DNA of 64,000 bases from Curvularia clavata. Lineage: Eukaryota. Every line of letters begins with the position of its first letter. The first letter of the stretch is position 1. The stretch lies in NCBI GenBank assembly GCA_023920165.1, contig CP089281.1, positions 868,001-932,000 on the forward strand, written 5' to 3'. Below are positions 46,447 through 58,345 of the stretch, piece after piece. The position numbers and the translations under genes were made by a program. The notes below the pieces were generated by a model that saw only the letters and a program-made list of their open reading frames with translations, made no database searches and had not been told where the DNA came from.

Positions 46447-47729
46447 TCAGGCATACCTCTGGCTGCGGGTTGCCGATTTGGCATTGACGGCCGCCTTTGG
46501 CGCGCTCGAGAGGGCATTGAGTTCTATCCACTTTTTTTTGCAAGTGGTTACGCCAAACTGATACGTTCCGCCATTGGCCTTGATACAGTCGGCCACCCTC
46601 TTCCAGGAGATCTTGGCGAGCTTCTGCGAGATGGACAAGCTCTCTGCATGCTGGAATTGAGCATTGATTCGCTCAAACTCCTCGCTCACATGCCTTCTCA
46701 GTAAGATGACCTGGTAAGATGTCAGCTGAATTCTTAGGGATTGTTTAGGGATTATTCACGTCTGTCTTGGTCCAGACGGGCTTGCGGACACGGTCGTTGA
46801 TGGCCTTGGTGAGAACACGATATCGGCCTCGGAGGGTAGATTCCGCTGGGCATTCTCCGATGAACTTTGCGCGGATCTCTTTATATGTCTCACCGCGCTG
46901 CTTTCCTTCAACGAGGACTCTGTCGTTATAATCACGCTCCTCCTTAGTAGGGGGGACGCGAGTGACTGGCTGCACCACAATCTTGGTCTGAGTGTACGAA
47001 GTCGGTCCTCCGTTCTGATTATCGCCATCACTTGGACGCTGAGTAGGCTCCACGCCGTACCATTGGAAATTTTCGGTGGTGTGGTCCTGGGCGCCAGACA
47101 ACGAGGTCTTCTTAGAAAGTTAGTTAATCTTGTTCATCACGACGTGTAGAAGAGAGGAAAGACATTACCTTATCATTTATGAGGGGTAGAGCAGCAAGTC
47201 CGACGGCAGCAAGGTAACGGTCCTTATCGGTCGATGGCAGGATGGTTTCTGAAGGCGGCGATGGGGTTTTATCCAGAGTGGTACATGGCGAGGTACCGGT
47301 TGGCGTTTCCATAGAGCCTGGGGTGTAGTACTGGTCGAACACAGAGCTTTCGGGGGATGAGTTGCCAGTTGCTGTTACGCTCGGCAGGACAGCACTTGTG
47401 GTGGGTGGCGTGGAATTGGACTTCAGTGTCGGCCACGCGTCTGAGTTTGGAACGTAGGAAAAGCTGTCCACAGCAGCGCTCTGGTTGGCAAAGTCGTGAA
47501 ATGGGAACGCGTTGCTCTGGCCATACTCAGGACCATATCGACCCATGATGGAAAACTCCGACTGGTGGATAGGACCATACTGGCTTCCGATGGACGACTT
47601 CGGCTGTTGAATAGGAGGCTGCCATTCACCAGGGGTCAAGTCTTGCAGCAGCCAGGCAGTCAGCTCTGAAGTTTGGAAGGTCTGATCGACAGGCGTAGCA
47701 CCTGATGGCTGGGGACCATAGCTGGCCAT
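46447..47729 (-). CDS. Fungal Myb/SANT-like DNA-binding protein
   Basis: Exons 47729-47169, 47110-46760, 46710-46447 give TYKEIRAKF...AESTLRGRYRVLTK...RVRKPVWTKTDVILL...KISWKRVADCI...GGTYQFGVTTCKKKW after an S/P/T-rich N-terminus. Confidence 0.75.
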
Positions 47730-50200
47730 GTTGTGAGGAATGGTATGCGGATCGTTCTACAGAATCGTCAGTCACTAGGTTGTTTCGATCCGGCAGCGAC
47801 TTACCAGAGCTGAGTCTACCCTGGCAATACTGACAAGGGCTTCTTCAGCCCAGGCCAAGTTGTTCTGAGGCTGCCGACGGGGATATCGCTCAACGTCGCT
47901 GTTGGAGGTGTGAGACTGCATGGCGGCGTGTACGACTGTGTCTCTTATGAATAACGGATAGGAAGACAACCTTCAACGCGTGACAAAGCTACTGTGAATG
48001 TCCAAATGATATCAAAGGTTTGTTGTGATGGAGTCAGTGTGATCGTGAGCGTGACTGCGAGGTTGTGGAGGGCCAAAGCTGCGTCGAGGTCCACGGGCTC
48101 TTTTGGCATTCACTACATGCTATACGTTGATTGGCCAAGCGCCGAGCAGGTTCGAGCGGTGTGATTGCGGCTCTTGAACGTGTGGGTAGTTTTGCCAAGG
48201 CCTGCGATAGGCAGAACTGATGATGTAATTGCGGCTTTGCTATTGTGAATGGCAGACGGCAAGTCAGCAGACGATAAGTCGATAGCTGGCAGGTCAATGG
48301 CCTGGGAAGCTGGCGTGAATACTGAATGTCAAGTACAAAGGAGGCGACTGATCTGTTATGGTACAATACCAGGGCCACGCGAGGCACCTAGTGCCATGTG
48401 GCATTAGCTTGCTGACGTGAACGTGGATGCGTGAACAGTGAATTGTGAAAGGTGGATACCCACCGGAGACGGCCACGCGATGACAGCGAAATCGGAGTAT
48501 GCGCAGATAGGGCGCATGAACACAGGCAAACACCTCAGGGTATGTACTGGCGCGCTGCGATTCGTAGAATGAGTTTCTCGGGCAGCAAGCAAAAGATAAC
48601 ACATACAAGAGCAGCTAAACCATGAATTATCAGGACGACGAGCAGAGACGAAGCCGAAGCCAACCGCTGAAACAATTCCAATTATGTGAACGCTCAGGTA
48701 TAGCGGCAAAATGGTAGTCGGCACATTTATACTATGAGACAAGCCCAACTGGCCATGGCTGAAGGGATGGGACTCGCGTTTGGAATAGCTGGAACCCAGT
48801 CTTCAGGTTCAATTCCCATGACCTCGTTATCCTGGTGTGAGCGGAAAGACAGAACCTGGGCTCCCGGGTAGATTCACCACGACATGGCGCTACAGAGCCA
48901 TAGAGCCTACACAACATTATCGCCGGAAGTCTGCAGCTGGCATTCAGGCTGTCAAATGAGCTGTACATATCTGACCAGCACACAGAGGCAGTATTTGGAA
49001 GCAAGCGCAGTCTCGCTCAGAAAGTGGCACTGCCGTCCCAATACAATGAGTGATCTCCAACGTGGCTAGCTCTGCGCAGGCAAATACTAATAGTATTACA
49101 GAGATGGCGGCCCAAACACTTTCGGCACACGCTAGCTGAACCGACGAGTACGACGGCTCGAACGTTGGATTGAGTCGAGATCCGATTGCTTGGAGACTGA
49201 GCTGGCGGCAAATGTTCTAAGTCGTCTTGTTTGGCTCATGCGTAGAAGCGAACGGTTCACTGCATGGCATGGCTTGGCAACAAGCCATACTGCTGACCAC
49301 ACCACTGAGAAGGCAGATGAGATGTCATGGCGCCTGGGGATCCAGGTACGTAGGCCTTCTGATGCGATGATGTACGCCGGGCTAGCGGGAGACTTTCACA
49401 TGCAGGTCAGGGCTATTGTCAACTCTACCATGTGGTTACACAATGAGGATCGCAATCGTTACTGGATCGGCACAGTGGTTCCCACGGCAGCGGAAACTAG
49501 CCTTGATGATGACAGTTTCATGATTCGAGCTCTGGTTGGCCACAGGCACGGAGGCCTGTATGTTTTTCTATCAATACTCAGCACTCAGCCGGCGCCGTGC
49601 CCTCAACCTTAGGCGACCGCTACCAGAAGACCGCACATGTGGACACCCCCGACTTCCCGCCTCATCTGAAACCTCCATCCCATCGGCATATTGCAGCTTT
49701 GTGATTGTCAGTACACAACGCGACAGTGGTTGTACAGAACGCGTGAGACACGGCCATGACATGCCTGGCGTACTATGTCGGGCAGCAGGCGGCGCCACCT
49801 ACACAGGTCGCGGAGACTTTATCTTGCATACGCTTGCATGAGTCTGGGGAAGCCTATACCCGCCTCCGGCGGCGACATGATCTATTTTTCAGCAGGGGTG
49901 GCGCGCAATACCGGTATTGCAGCATGCATACGCTGTGCGAGGGCACAGAACTCAAAGAGAAGTCGCATACACACGGGCGAGATGAAAAGAATCTCTGAAT
50001 GAAATTGAAAGATAGGAAAGGTATCTGAACAGTATTCAACATACTTGATGTGGCGAAAGATTTTGAAACTAATGTCACAGGATTGTCTGGCTGCATATCA
50101 ATCACGGCCCCCAATCCCATCTCGAACCTCTAGCACCAGCACCCTACCGTGAATCCACGACGCACCGACCCATCCGCAAGTCTGCCATTGTATACTTTTA

Positions 50201-51360
50201 TTACATCTTTGCCTTCGTACTGCCCGGCGGCAACAGCTCGACATCCTTCCACTGTAGTCCAAGAAACTCCCATAAATAGAGGAACCTACGTTGTGTATCA
50301 GTCAGCACACTCCGCACTACTCGACGGTTTATTTGCCACATTGCCTAATTCACGAGTTCGTGGATCCGCACTATACTATCCGTTCCTGGAGCGGGAGCCA
50401 TGCTAGATGCGGGTGTACCCGTTGCTGTCCAGCTCTCCCGTCTTCCAACCATGGAGCATGCGAGACGCTGTAGGGAGCCGAAACAATGAGGGGGCGGGTA
50501 AGCCACTCACCTGTCACTGCCAAAGAAAGGCTCCTCTTTTCCTTGCGAGTTTCGTACAAAGAACCACGGACAGCCGAATGCGCCTCGGTCGAGCGCCTCC
50601 TTAGTGTTGTCGTTGAGGCGCTGCTTGTATGGTGCACTGCCTGCCTTTGCCATAACGTCCTGAACTTGGTCGCCGTTCAGCCGTTGCTGGAGCACTTCTG
50701 CCAGTATCTCTGGCTTGCTGACATCCTTCTGATGCTTCCACATTGCAGTGAAGATGTCGAGGAAGATGTTCACGAAATGCTCTGGATGTGCTTCCTTCAC
50801 ATAGCATAGAGCTCGCTGTGGCAGCAACGACAGGATTGGGAAAAATGAAGGAACTCTGATCTCAGGCACGCCAAAGTATTGCTTCGCTCGCTTGGTTTCA
50901 TAATTGCCGTACTTTGCCTTTGCCTCGAGGGTCCAGGGGGGCTTATTGCCTGTGTCGCAGTGTCAGGATATATTTGGTAAGTATGCACCGGGCCTTGCAG
51001 GTGATAACACAGTGGGGAAAAGGGAACAGTACCGCTGCCAACATTGATTCCGCCTAGGAAGACGGGTACTATACTATCAAGAGCTAGTCAGCCATGCGCT
51101 CGCTGTGGGTAAGAGACACGATGTTGTTGGCCATGTTTGAGGCAATCAAAACAAGGGCGTGGATTTGACACTGCAGGAAACCGCCCACTCACTCGATCTC
51201 AACATTGTATGCTTCGAGGATGGCTCTATTTCTTTCAAGATGCAGCAGAGCAAAGTACGAGTATGGAGACACTAATGCCGTTAGCATGTGACATTGTATA
51301 CTAACAATAGGAGGGACAAGGCATACCGCAGTCCAGATAGCACGTAATCTTTCCTGACAT
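50201..51360 (-). CDS. Kappa-class glutathione S-transferase / DsbA-like (HCCA isomerase family), C-terminal AKM
   Basis: Five exons (51360-51327, 51271-51193, 51073-51033, 50949-50511, 50285-50201): YLDCVSPYSYF, PVFLGGINVGSGNKPPW, GAFGCPWF, EPFFGSDRF...STKAKM*. Confidence 0.9.
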
Positions 51361-51485
51361 CTTCGTGATTTCTGCGCCTCCTAGTATCAACGAATCAAAC
51401 AAACTCACTATGAGGTGTCTTCTGTCACGAACCTTATGAGCGTCGTCGGTTGCTTGCTGTGAAGTGACCCTGGCAGTCTTGGCTG

Positions 51486-51628
51486 CCGAGGTCCACCAGA
51501 GCTTGGTATCAGTAATCACAACCACACTCTCCACCTTTCTCCACTCAACCAAACAATGCGGATGCCCCGGATATATGCACGACGTGCAGCTAGCGTAGCA
51601 GTTAATTAGTGCTATGTAGGCACCGAGG
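51486..51628. promoter_or_regulatory. Two CCGAGG (= CCTCGG) FarA/FarB/Ctf1-type sites in a divergent promoter
   Basis: CCGAGG at 51486-51491 and 51623-51628, between two genes whose products end in PTS1-like tripeptides. Confidence 0.55.
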
Positions 51629-51747
51629 TTGCTTTGGATGTGAATTCTGATTACTATTAGCATGCTTAAAACCTATATGCTTAATATCTTGCTGATGACA
51701 CGAGCTTCTCTACATCTTCAGTGATGAGCACCTGAGGTGACATAACA

Positions 51748-52824
51748 ATGTCTGGACAAACCAAACAAGTTGCACTCGTTGTCGGCGCCTCTCGAGGTAT
51801 CGGCCGCCAGATTGCTCTTGATCTTGCAAAAGATGGCTACGCAGGTAAGGAAAAAGATACATAGAATTCCCTCCAACACTAGAGCAGCGATCAAGCTGGA
51901 AATATGACCCAAAACACCAACTAACGAAGATGCAAACATTCAGTTGTCGTAGCCGCAAAATCTACCTCAGACGCATCCACCACCTCTCCCTTCCCACCAG
52001 ACCCCAACTCGCCCGCCTCGACCATCTCCACCGTCACGCGCGAGATCCGCGAGGGGGGCGGCGAAGCCACAGCCATACCGGTCGACACACGGGACTACGC
52101 CAGCATCCAAGCGCTGGTATCCTCCACCATCGCTACCTATGGGCGCCTCGACGTGGTCGTCTACAACAGCGGCGCAATATGGTGGGCATCGGTTGCCAAA
52201 ACGCCCATGTCGCGTTTCCAACTAATGCAGCGCGTCAACGTCGAGGGCTTGTATGGTGTCGTACAAGCCTGTCTGCCTCATTTCCAGCCGAAGCCCAACG
52301 ACCCCAACCAGTCCAGCAGTAAAGAAAACCCAGCAGAGTATAAAGGCCGCATCATCGTCATCAGTCCCCCCATCTACTCGCGCTTCTTCCGCGGCAAAAC
52401 TGCCTACGCAATTGGGAAAATCGGCATGTCTGTTCTCACCGTCGGACTCTCCATGGACTTTATCCGAGAAGGTAAATCCAACATGGCTGTCACCAGTCTC
52501 TGGCCCGCAACCGCTATTCAGAGCGCCGCGACGCAGAATCTTGCGCGTGACGACGCAAAGGATTTACGCACCGCGCATATCTTCTCTGATGCGGTGCGCG
52601 AGATCATCAAAGCGCCGGCGGAAGACGTGAATGGGAGATTGTTGCTAGATGAGGACTTTTTGAGGGAGAGGGGGAAAACAGAGTTTGACGGGTATAGTTT
52701 GGTCAAGGGGACGACGCCGAGGAGGATTATGCCGATGAAATTCCCGGATTTGAGGGTAGAGGAGCAGGACGACGAGGGGAAGAGAATGGATAGCACGGTT
52801 TTGAGAGCGAAGGCGAAGCTGTGA
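51748..52824 (+). CDS. HSDL2-like short-chain dehydrogenase/reductase with C-terminal PTS1 (AKL)
   Basis: Exon 1 VALVVGASRGIGRQIA, intron 51845-51943, VVVAAKS, LDVVVYNSGAIWW, VISPPIYSRFFRGKTAYAIGK (YxxxK), SLWPATAI, ending RAKAKL*. Confidence 0.9.
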
Positions 52825-54063
52825 GGGGAGGCTGGAGTGGAATAGTACTGTTGATTTCCCGGTTCATTCTCGATTGAGAAGATGGAGGCTCGAGTACTAT
52901 CTTGTATTCTATACAGTTCCTAAGGGTCATTTGTTTCCTAAAGGACTAGTTTCTCTTCTACCTTGCATATACACGGTATGAAACTATGCTAGCCCAACTC
53001 CATCGTAATTTCAACCCCTCCCTGTTTCTTCAAAAACCAAAGCTATCAAGCAGTATCCAAATACAGACTCAAAACCATATTCTCCTACGGCCCAACAACG
53101 AGCACACATACATAGAAAGGATGAAGATAGCCCGATGATAACAAAACAAAAGGGTTGGGAAGTAAATCAAGTCAGAGAACACTGTATTAACCTCACTACC
53201 ATCATTAACATTTCACTTCGGCCACACTTTGAAACATTGTAGTTATCAAACACACAGAATTCCCATTTCATTACTCAAAACCGAACGCCCTATCACATTC
53301 CCCTCCCCTGTTATCCAGTCCAAGCATTCCATTGCCACCTCTCCACACCTCACCTCACCTCTACCAATCCCACCACCCATATTACTTCGTCATAACCCCC
53401 GCATGCCGAATAAAGCCTCAATGAGTCGAAAACACCATGCCTGCTTGCTCACTTCCTCGCTATACACATCCACGAAAAAAGAGACTGGAAGGAAAAACGT
53501 TACTAATACAGGGAATTCGATTCAATCAAAAAAAAAAAAAGATACGCATGCGCATATGCAAGAAAACCATTCGCCAATATCAAGTACAGAAAAGACTCAC
53601 ACCACCCAGAGGAGAGAGAGATACAGAGAAACATGCTCAATTAGCGAGAATCCTTTTTTTCTTTCGATGTGCGTATGCGTGACAATAACTTCCTTCGTTG
53701 TAGAGAAGAGAAGAAAAAAGGGGTATATTTGTAACGCGAGCGAAGAGTAGGACAAGGAGAGAGGCGGGGGGAACAGAGCATGTTGTTGTGGTCGGTGAGA
53801 TGATGGATCTGGATGTAGAAAAAACGTCTAATGTGTGGGGGAATGCTTCGCTGTGTAACACATGCATGCTAATATGATGATTAATGTGCAATGTGTGTGC
53901 CCAAAACACGAAAGAAAAGACCAAAGTTCCAAATGAAAACGGACGGGAAAAATCCTTCCAGTGGGTAAAATGATTACGCAATTCGCTCGTGTTACAAAGG
54001 AGGACTTGGTTTGCTGGTCGAGGGAAGAGGAAAAAACGCGCTCCATGGATCTCAGTCTTCATT

Positions 54064-56532
54064 CTAGTATAGACGTCCTCGGCTGGCCTGGCTCGCTCGG
54101 CTGGGCGACGTCCGGCTTCTCTCGTCTTCCTCGGGCACATCGCTCAATCTCGTCGGATGGTGATGCCTCATACCGACCCACTCATCGCCATAACCATCCC
54201 CGCTGTAGTCTGGCTGCTCACCCGAAGTGGCATAGCCATGGGAATGCGATGCTCCACTTGAAGTCGTCGCATAGCCGCCCTGGGATGTGGCAGCTGTGCC
54301 GTAGTGCTGCAGATGCTCAAGCTCGCGCCGACGAGCGTCTTCTACATCATAGTCATCCGACTCGGGCGACTGAAGCGATCGGTACGGAATGCGGCGACCG
54401 GAATCATCGCGGATGTAGTTGCCTCTCTCATCAAGAGCGAACTCTACCTCCGACTCTTCGGCCTGAGACGTGACATAAGATTGTTCATCCTCTGGAACTC
54501 CGGTTTCCGACTCCTGGTGCAGGTACGAGCCTGGCTGCTGGTAAAAGGCCTCAGGTTGCGACATGGCAGTTTGGGTGGGTGTTGTCTGGCCTTCCGAAGT
54601 ATAATAAGGGTATTGCAGAGGCGCTGGGGCTAGAGTTGGGTCTGTGGCAGAGCTGGTACCACCAGGTCGAGAAGACGATGTTGAAGCCGCGCCCGAAGGG
54701 ACATAAGTCCCTTGAGACAAAGGCGCAGGCATATCGTGCTCCCGCTGGCCATGGCGACCGCCTTCGGTGAAGGGATCAGTGTCAGTCGGGGACTGAGGAC
54801 CCTCTTCATACGAATAATGCTGCTCGATGCCAGACCCACCGCTCTGTGTACCACCGTAGGAGTCATCATGTCCCCTTCCGCGGCCCATGTTCTGTGCCAT
54901 TGGAACGACCTGCACTCCACCGACCAGAGTGGGCTGACCCTCTCTCAGCGAAAACGTGCGATCGCGTTCCTCTTGCTCCCGTCTCCCAAGCTCTTCCCAG
55001 GCTCGGCGAGCTTCTTCTTTGGAGATTTGCAGTTCGCGCTTCATCTCTGTTACGGCTCGCTCGGCATTCTTCTTCTCAGTGGTTACACGCTCAAGATTTG
55101 CTTCAGCTTCAAGACGTAACTCGCGCTCCGCATTGATCTGATCCTGCAACTGCGCTTCCCTCTCCTGCGCCCTTTCCTGTTCCTGGCGATGCTCAAAGAA
55201 CCACCTCTGGAACTTACGCTCTGAGGAAGCGCGTAGTCGCTGTAACTCAACAACAGCATGGAAGAGGTTGGCGCCCGCAGCCGAAAGATCGGTAATCTGT
55301 CGTGACAATTGCTGGGCCAACGGCTCCCTGCGAACTTCATCGGTATTCTGTTCAAGTCGCCGTATCCAATATGAGGTAAGCCCCTCCCAATGCGAAGACA
55401 GAGTCTCCCAGCGCTCGAAAGCATGCGGGAAATTCGACGTTGTTGACTCGCGAGCTTGTCCAGTAGTCGAACCTGACGCAGGTTGCGGGCGCGCTTGTGC
55501 AGTCGCTGACGGTCCTGCCTGCGATGTGCCTGGGGGAGCAGAAGGCCGTCGTGCATGACCCGAGCCAGCTGGTCTTCTGCCCGGTTCCGCAGTCGCTGGT
55601 ACGCTAAGATTCGCCTGAGTAGGTCGAGAAGACTGCTGACTCTGTGTAGCAGCCCTAGGCCTAGATTGTGACGCGCCTGTGGGAACATCTTGCGGATCAC
55701 TCATGGTGTTTTGGGCCGGAATAGGCCTTTCGGGCTGACGTGGCACGCCCCCCGACGATGCCGGATATTGGACGTACTGGTCACCAGGTCTTGGAGCTGC
55801 TTGCGGCTGCCTCTGGGTTCCGGGATCTGTTGTTGGTGCTCCAGCTACACCAGAAACAGCTTGCGCTCTTCTTTCCGCGCTGGCTCTCCTGCGCTCCTCC
55901 TCGGCGGCTTTCCTCTGTTCCTCGACTTCAGCCCTTTGGCGCCTAGCGTTCATGATCTGCGTAGGGGTGCGTATATTGGAGCGATCGACAGGCACGGGGC
56001 CACCAGTCGTACGGGCCCCGCCATTGGCAGCGCGCCCACTTGTCAAGTCGGACATTGGGGCGTTCTCTTCAATTAGATCCGGGGTGAAAGGATGGGGGAC
56101 GCGAAGGGCCTCTTCGAGCACGAAGCGTATTGCCGAAGCAGTACGTCGACTGATGCGAAGGGCCGGGTGAGGTTCTGTAGAGTAAGGGCGAGGTGTTTGG
56201 AACCGGACACGCTGTTGTTGCTGGCTCGGTTCGGCCGACCTGGCGCGCTCAAAGTTGGGTGTGCGGCGGAGGCTGTTTGCGACACTGCCGGTCGAGCTTG
56301 AGGCTCTCGAGCGATTGTGCTGCGTGCGATAGAAGGCTTCAGCTTGTTCCTGGCGTAGCTGTAGCGAGGTACGGTATTCGGGGAAAGCTATTGGCGCGTT
56401 TCGGTCGTGGTCTCGTGAAGATGGGTCGTGAGAGGTGAATATGTTTGCGGAGGAAGGATGGCTGGACGTCAGGGTGAAGCCAGGAACGTGCAGGCAGGGC
56501 TCAATTGCCCTTGCAGCGTCGAAGGGAGGCAC
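54064..56532 (-). CDS. Fungal coiled-coil protein with disordered flanks; start codon uncertain
   Basis: 822-codon open frame with core FPHAFERWETLSSHWEGLTSYWIRRLE...DLSAAGANLFHAVVELQRLRASSERKFQRWF...ISKEEARRAWEELGRREQEERDR. First in-frame ATG is only at 56055. Confidence 0.8.
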   Translation of the reverse strand: MPPFDAARAIEPCLHVPGFTLTSSHPSSANIFTSHDPSSRDHDRNAPIAFPEYRTSLQLRQEQAEAFYRTQHNRSRASSSTGSVANSLRRTPNFERARSAEPSQQQQRVRFQTPRPYSTEPHPALRISRRTASAIRFVLEEALRVPHPFTPDLIEENAPMSDLTSGRAANGGARTTGGPVPVDRSNIRTPTQIMNARRQRAEVEEQRKAAEEERRRASAERRAQAVSGVAGAPTTDPGTQRQPQAAPRPGDQYVQYPASSGGVPRQPERPIPAQNTMSDPQDVPTGASQSRPRAATQSQQSSRPTQANLSVPATAEPGRRPAGSGHARRPSAPPGTSQAGPSATAQARPQPASGSTTGQARESTTSNFPHAFERWETLSSHWEGLTSYWIRRLEQNTDEVRREPLAQQLSRQITDLSAAGANLFHAVVELQRLRASSERKFQRWFFEHRQEQERAQEREAQLQDQINAERELRLEAEANLERVTTEKKNAERAVTEMKRELQISKEEARRAWEELGRREQEERDRTFSLREGQPTLVGGVQVVPMAQNMGRGRGHDDSYGGTQSGGSGIEQHYSYEEGPQSPTDTDPFTEGGRHGQREHDMPAPLSQGTYVPSGAASTSSSRPGGTSSATDPTLAPAPLQYPYYTSEGQTTPTQTAMSQPEAFYQQPGSYLHQESETGVPEDEQSYVTSQAEESEVEFALDERGNYIRDDSGRRIPYRSLQSPESDDYDVEDARRRELEHLQHYGTAATSQGGYATTSSGASHSHGYATSGEQPDYSGDGYGDEWVGMRHHHPTRLSDVPEEDERSRTSPSRASQASRGRLY

Positions 56533-57145
56533 CCGCCGGGTTGGAGCAGAGAGCTAACGGCGGGCACTCGAGGGGGCACAAACTAAGCGGCGCAGAAGGG
56601 CAGCTTATAGTGGGAATGCACGAGGAGCTGGCTGCAGAGTATGGGATTAGACACAAGGACTGGGGGGATTGCTAAGAGGAGCCATTGCTGGTACGCGGCC
56701 GGGATGACTGCACGCGCGAGTGCAGGGTGGTTGGGGGCAGGTGAAGGGCTGGGAGGTGGCTGGGAAGCATCAAGAATGTCGAACTTACACCTCTCACCGA
56801 CACTTGGACAAGACAGCGAATGTGCGCGAATGGACATGCACGAATCGCAATGCGGCGCGCGCCTGTTTGCTGTCCCAATCAATATCTCAGGGTTTCTGGT
56901 GTCAATGGGCGATGCCAACGTCACCGGGTTGGAAGCAAGACGTTCAGCCGCAGCGCCCGGAAGCGCGGCGCGCGGAGAGAGGGATTCGAATAAACGAGTG
57001 ACTGGAGAGACAGCAGCGCGAGTTCAAGTATGCATCGGATTCGGGCGGGCGAGGGAATCGCGGGCCTTTTGGAGCGTGCAGTGGCTCGTGGCGGGCGCGA
57101 AGTGTCACCGGGGCGTGCAGTAGGCAGTATGTAGGAATAGTAGAA

Positions 57146-57183
57146 CAGCGGCAGCGGCAGCGGCAGAAGCAGCAGCAGAAGCA
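57146..57183 (+). repeat. Imperfect GCA/GCG microsatellite
   Basis: cagcggcagcggcagcggcagaagcagcagcagaagca. Confidence 0.7.
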
Positions 57184-57678
57184 AATGCAGGCGGCGACGG
57201 CGGTGGAGAGTGGAGTCGCACAGAGGGGCGGGCATGCGAGGCGACTCGACTGCTACTCGAGGCCCTGCCAGGCGTCGTGGAGCGTGGTGACGGCAACGAT
57301 GGATTGCCAACTCATCGTGCTTTGGTGTGCCAAACCTGGCACGGGGGCATGGGGCGGTTCAGCCAAGCTTCGTAAAGAACAGCGCGGAACGGAAGGCGGA
57401 ACAACTAGCAGAGCGGCCGGCGCCCGGCTTACGTACTCGGACAGGGGCTGGTCGCATTTCTCTTTTTCTTTCCAGGTTGTGTTCTTCGTTGTCGCTATCA
57501 TTACTGAGAGAATTGTCGTTGTTGTCAACTACGTAGTTTTTCGCTGTCGTCGCTACTACGCACTCCACCGCGCCTGCCCCCACGCTCCCAGACGCGCCTG
57601 CCAATTGGTGGCCCTCGACCTGAGAAGGAAGGAGCGGCCCGCACCTACCGGCTCCAAACGAAACGTCACAACAATTTG

Positions 57679-57702
57679 CCTGTGCCTGTGCCTGTGCCTG
57701 TG
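57679..57702 (+). repeat. (CCTGTG)4 hexanucleotide repeat
   Basis: cctgtgcctgtgcctgtgcctgtg read directly. Confidence 0.8.
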
Positions 57703-58345
57703 CTTCACTGTCTTGTAGCTACTATACTGTATGCATCTAATGGCGACTACACTTCGGTACAGTACCTGCAACCATGCCATGTCGGCTCCTGTAGCTTGCA
57801 TGTGTACCTGTCCTAGTGCCGGCCCACCATAGCTAGCTACCTAGCTCCAACACAGTAAAGTGGGCTTCTCTAGAAACTTCAACCCGTCTCTGTGAATGCG
57901 CCAATCAACTCAACTACATCACGCATGAGGGGCATGTGTGCGCAATTTCTTAGGTACAAGGCTGTGTTCCACGCATCTCGAAGAACTTTTGTCCATTCTT
58001 TGAGTTATCCATTCGCCTCAGGCCTCGATACATCCCAGCAAAGCCTCTCATGCCATGATGCCATTTTCCGGTTTCCACTTGCAAAGCACCCGTTCCTTCT
58101 GAAAATCCCGCATAACTATACGTCGTGATATCATCAATCCTCCACCCTCTCACAAAGACCAGAGTCCGCCCCCCACCAGTCCATAGCTGGTCCTAGCAAA
58201 GTAGACTGAAAGTCAAGGAAAGGGCATCCATTGCCGTTGTCAGCAAGGCCCGTTCATGTCTCCTCACTCCCTGGTGTTAGCTCTATAGGCGAAATCATGT
58301 ATGAATGCGAGCAAAGAAACTCGAAATGAAGCAACACGGTCAAAG

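Noticed and set aside
51691..51736. TGATGA...GTGATGA...CTGA resembling a box C/D snoRNA
   Set aside because: Only about 45 nt, with no room for a guide before box D and no terminal stem; it lies in the SDR 5' leader.
52825..54063. ORFs of 167-173 aa in A-rich DNA
   Set aside because: Low-complexity convergent 3' UTR sequence without coding character.
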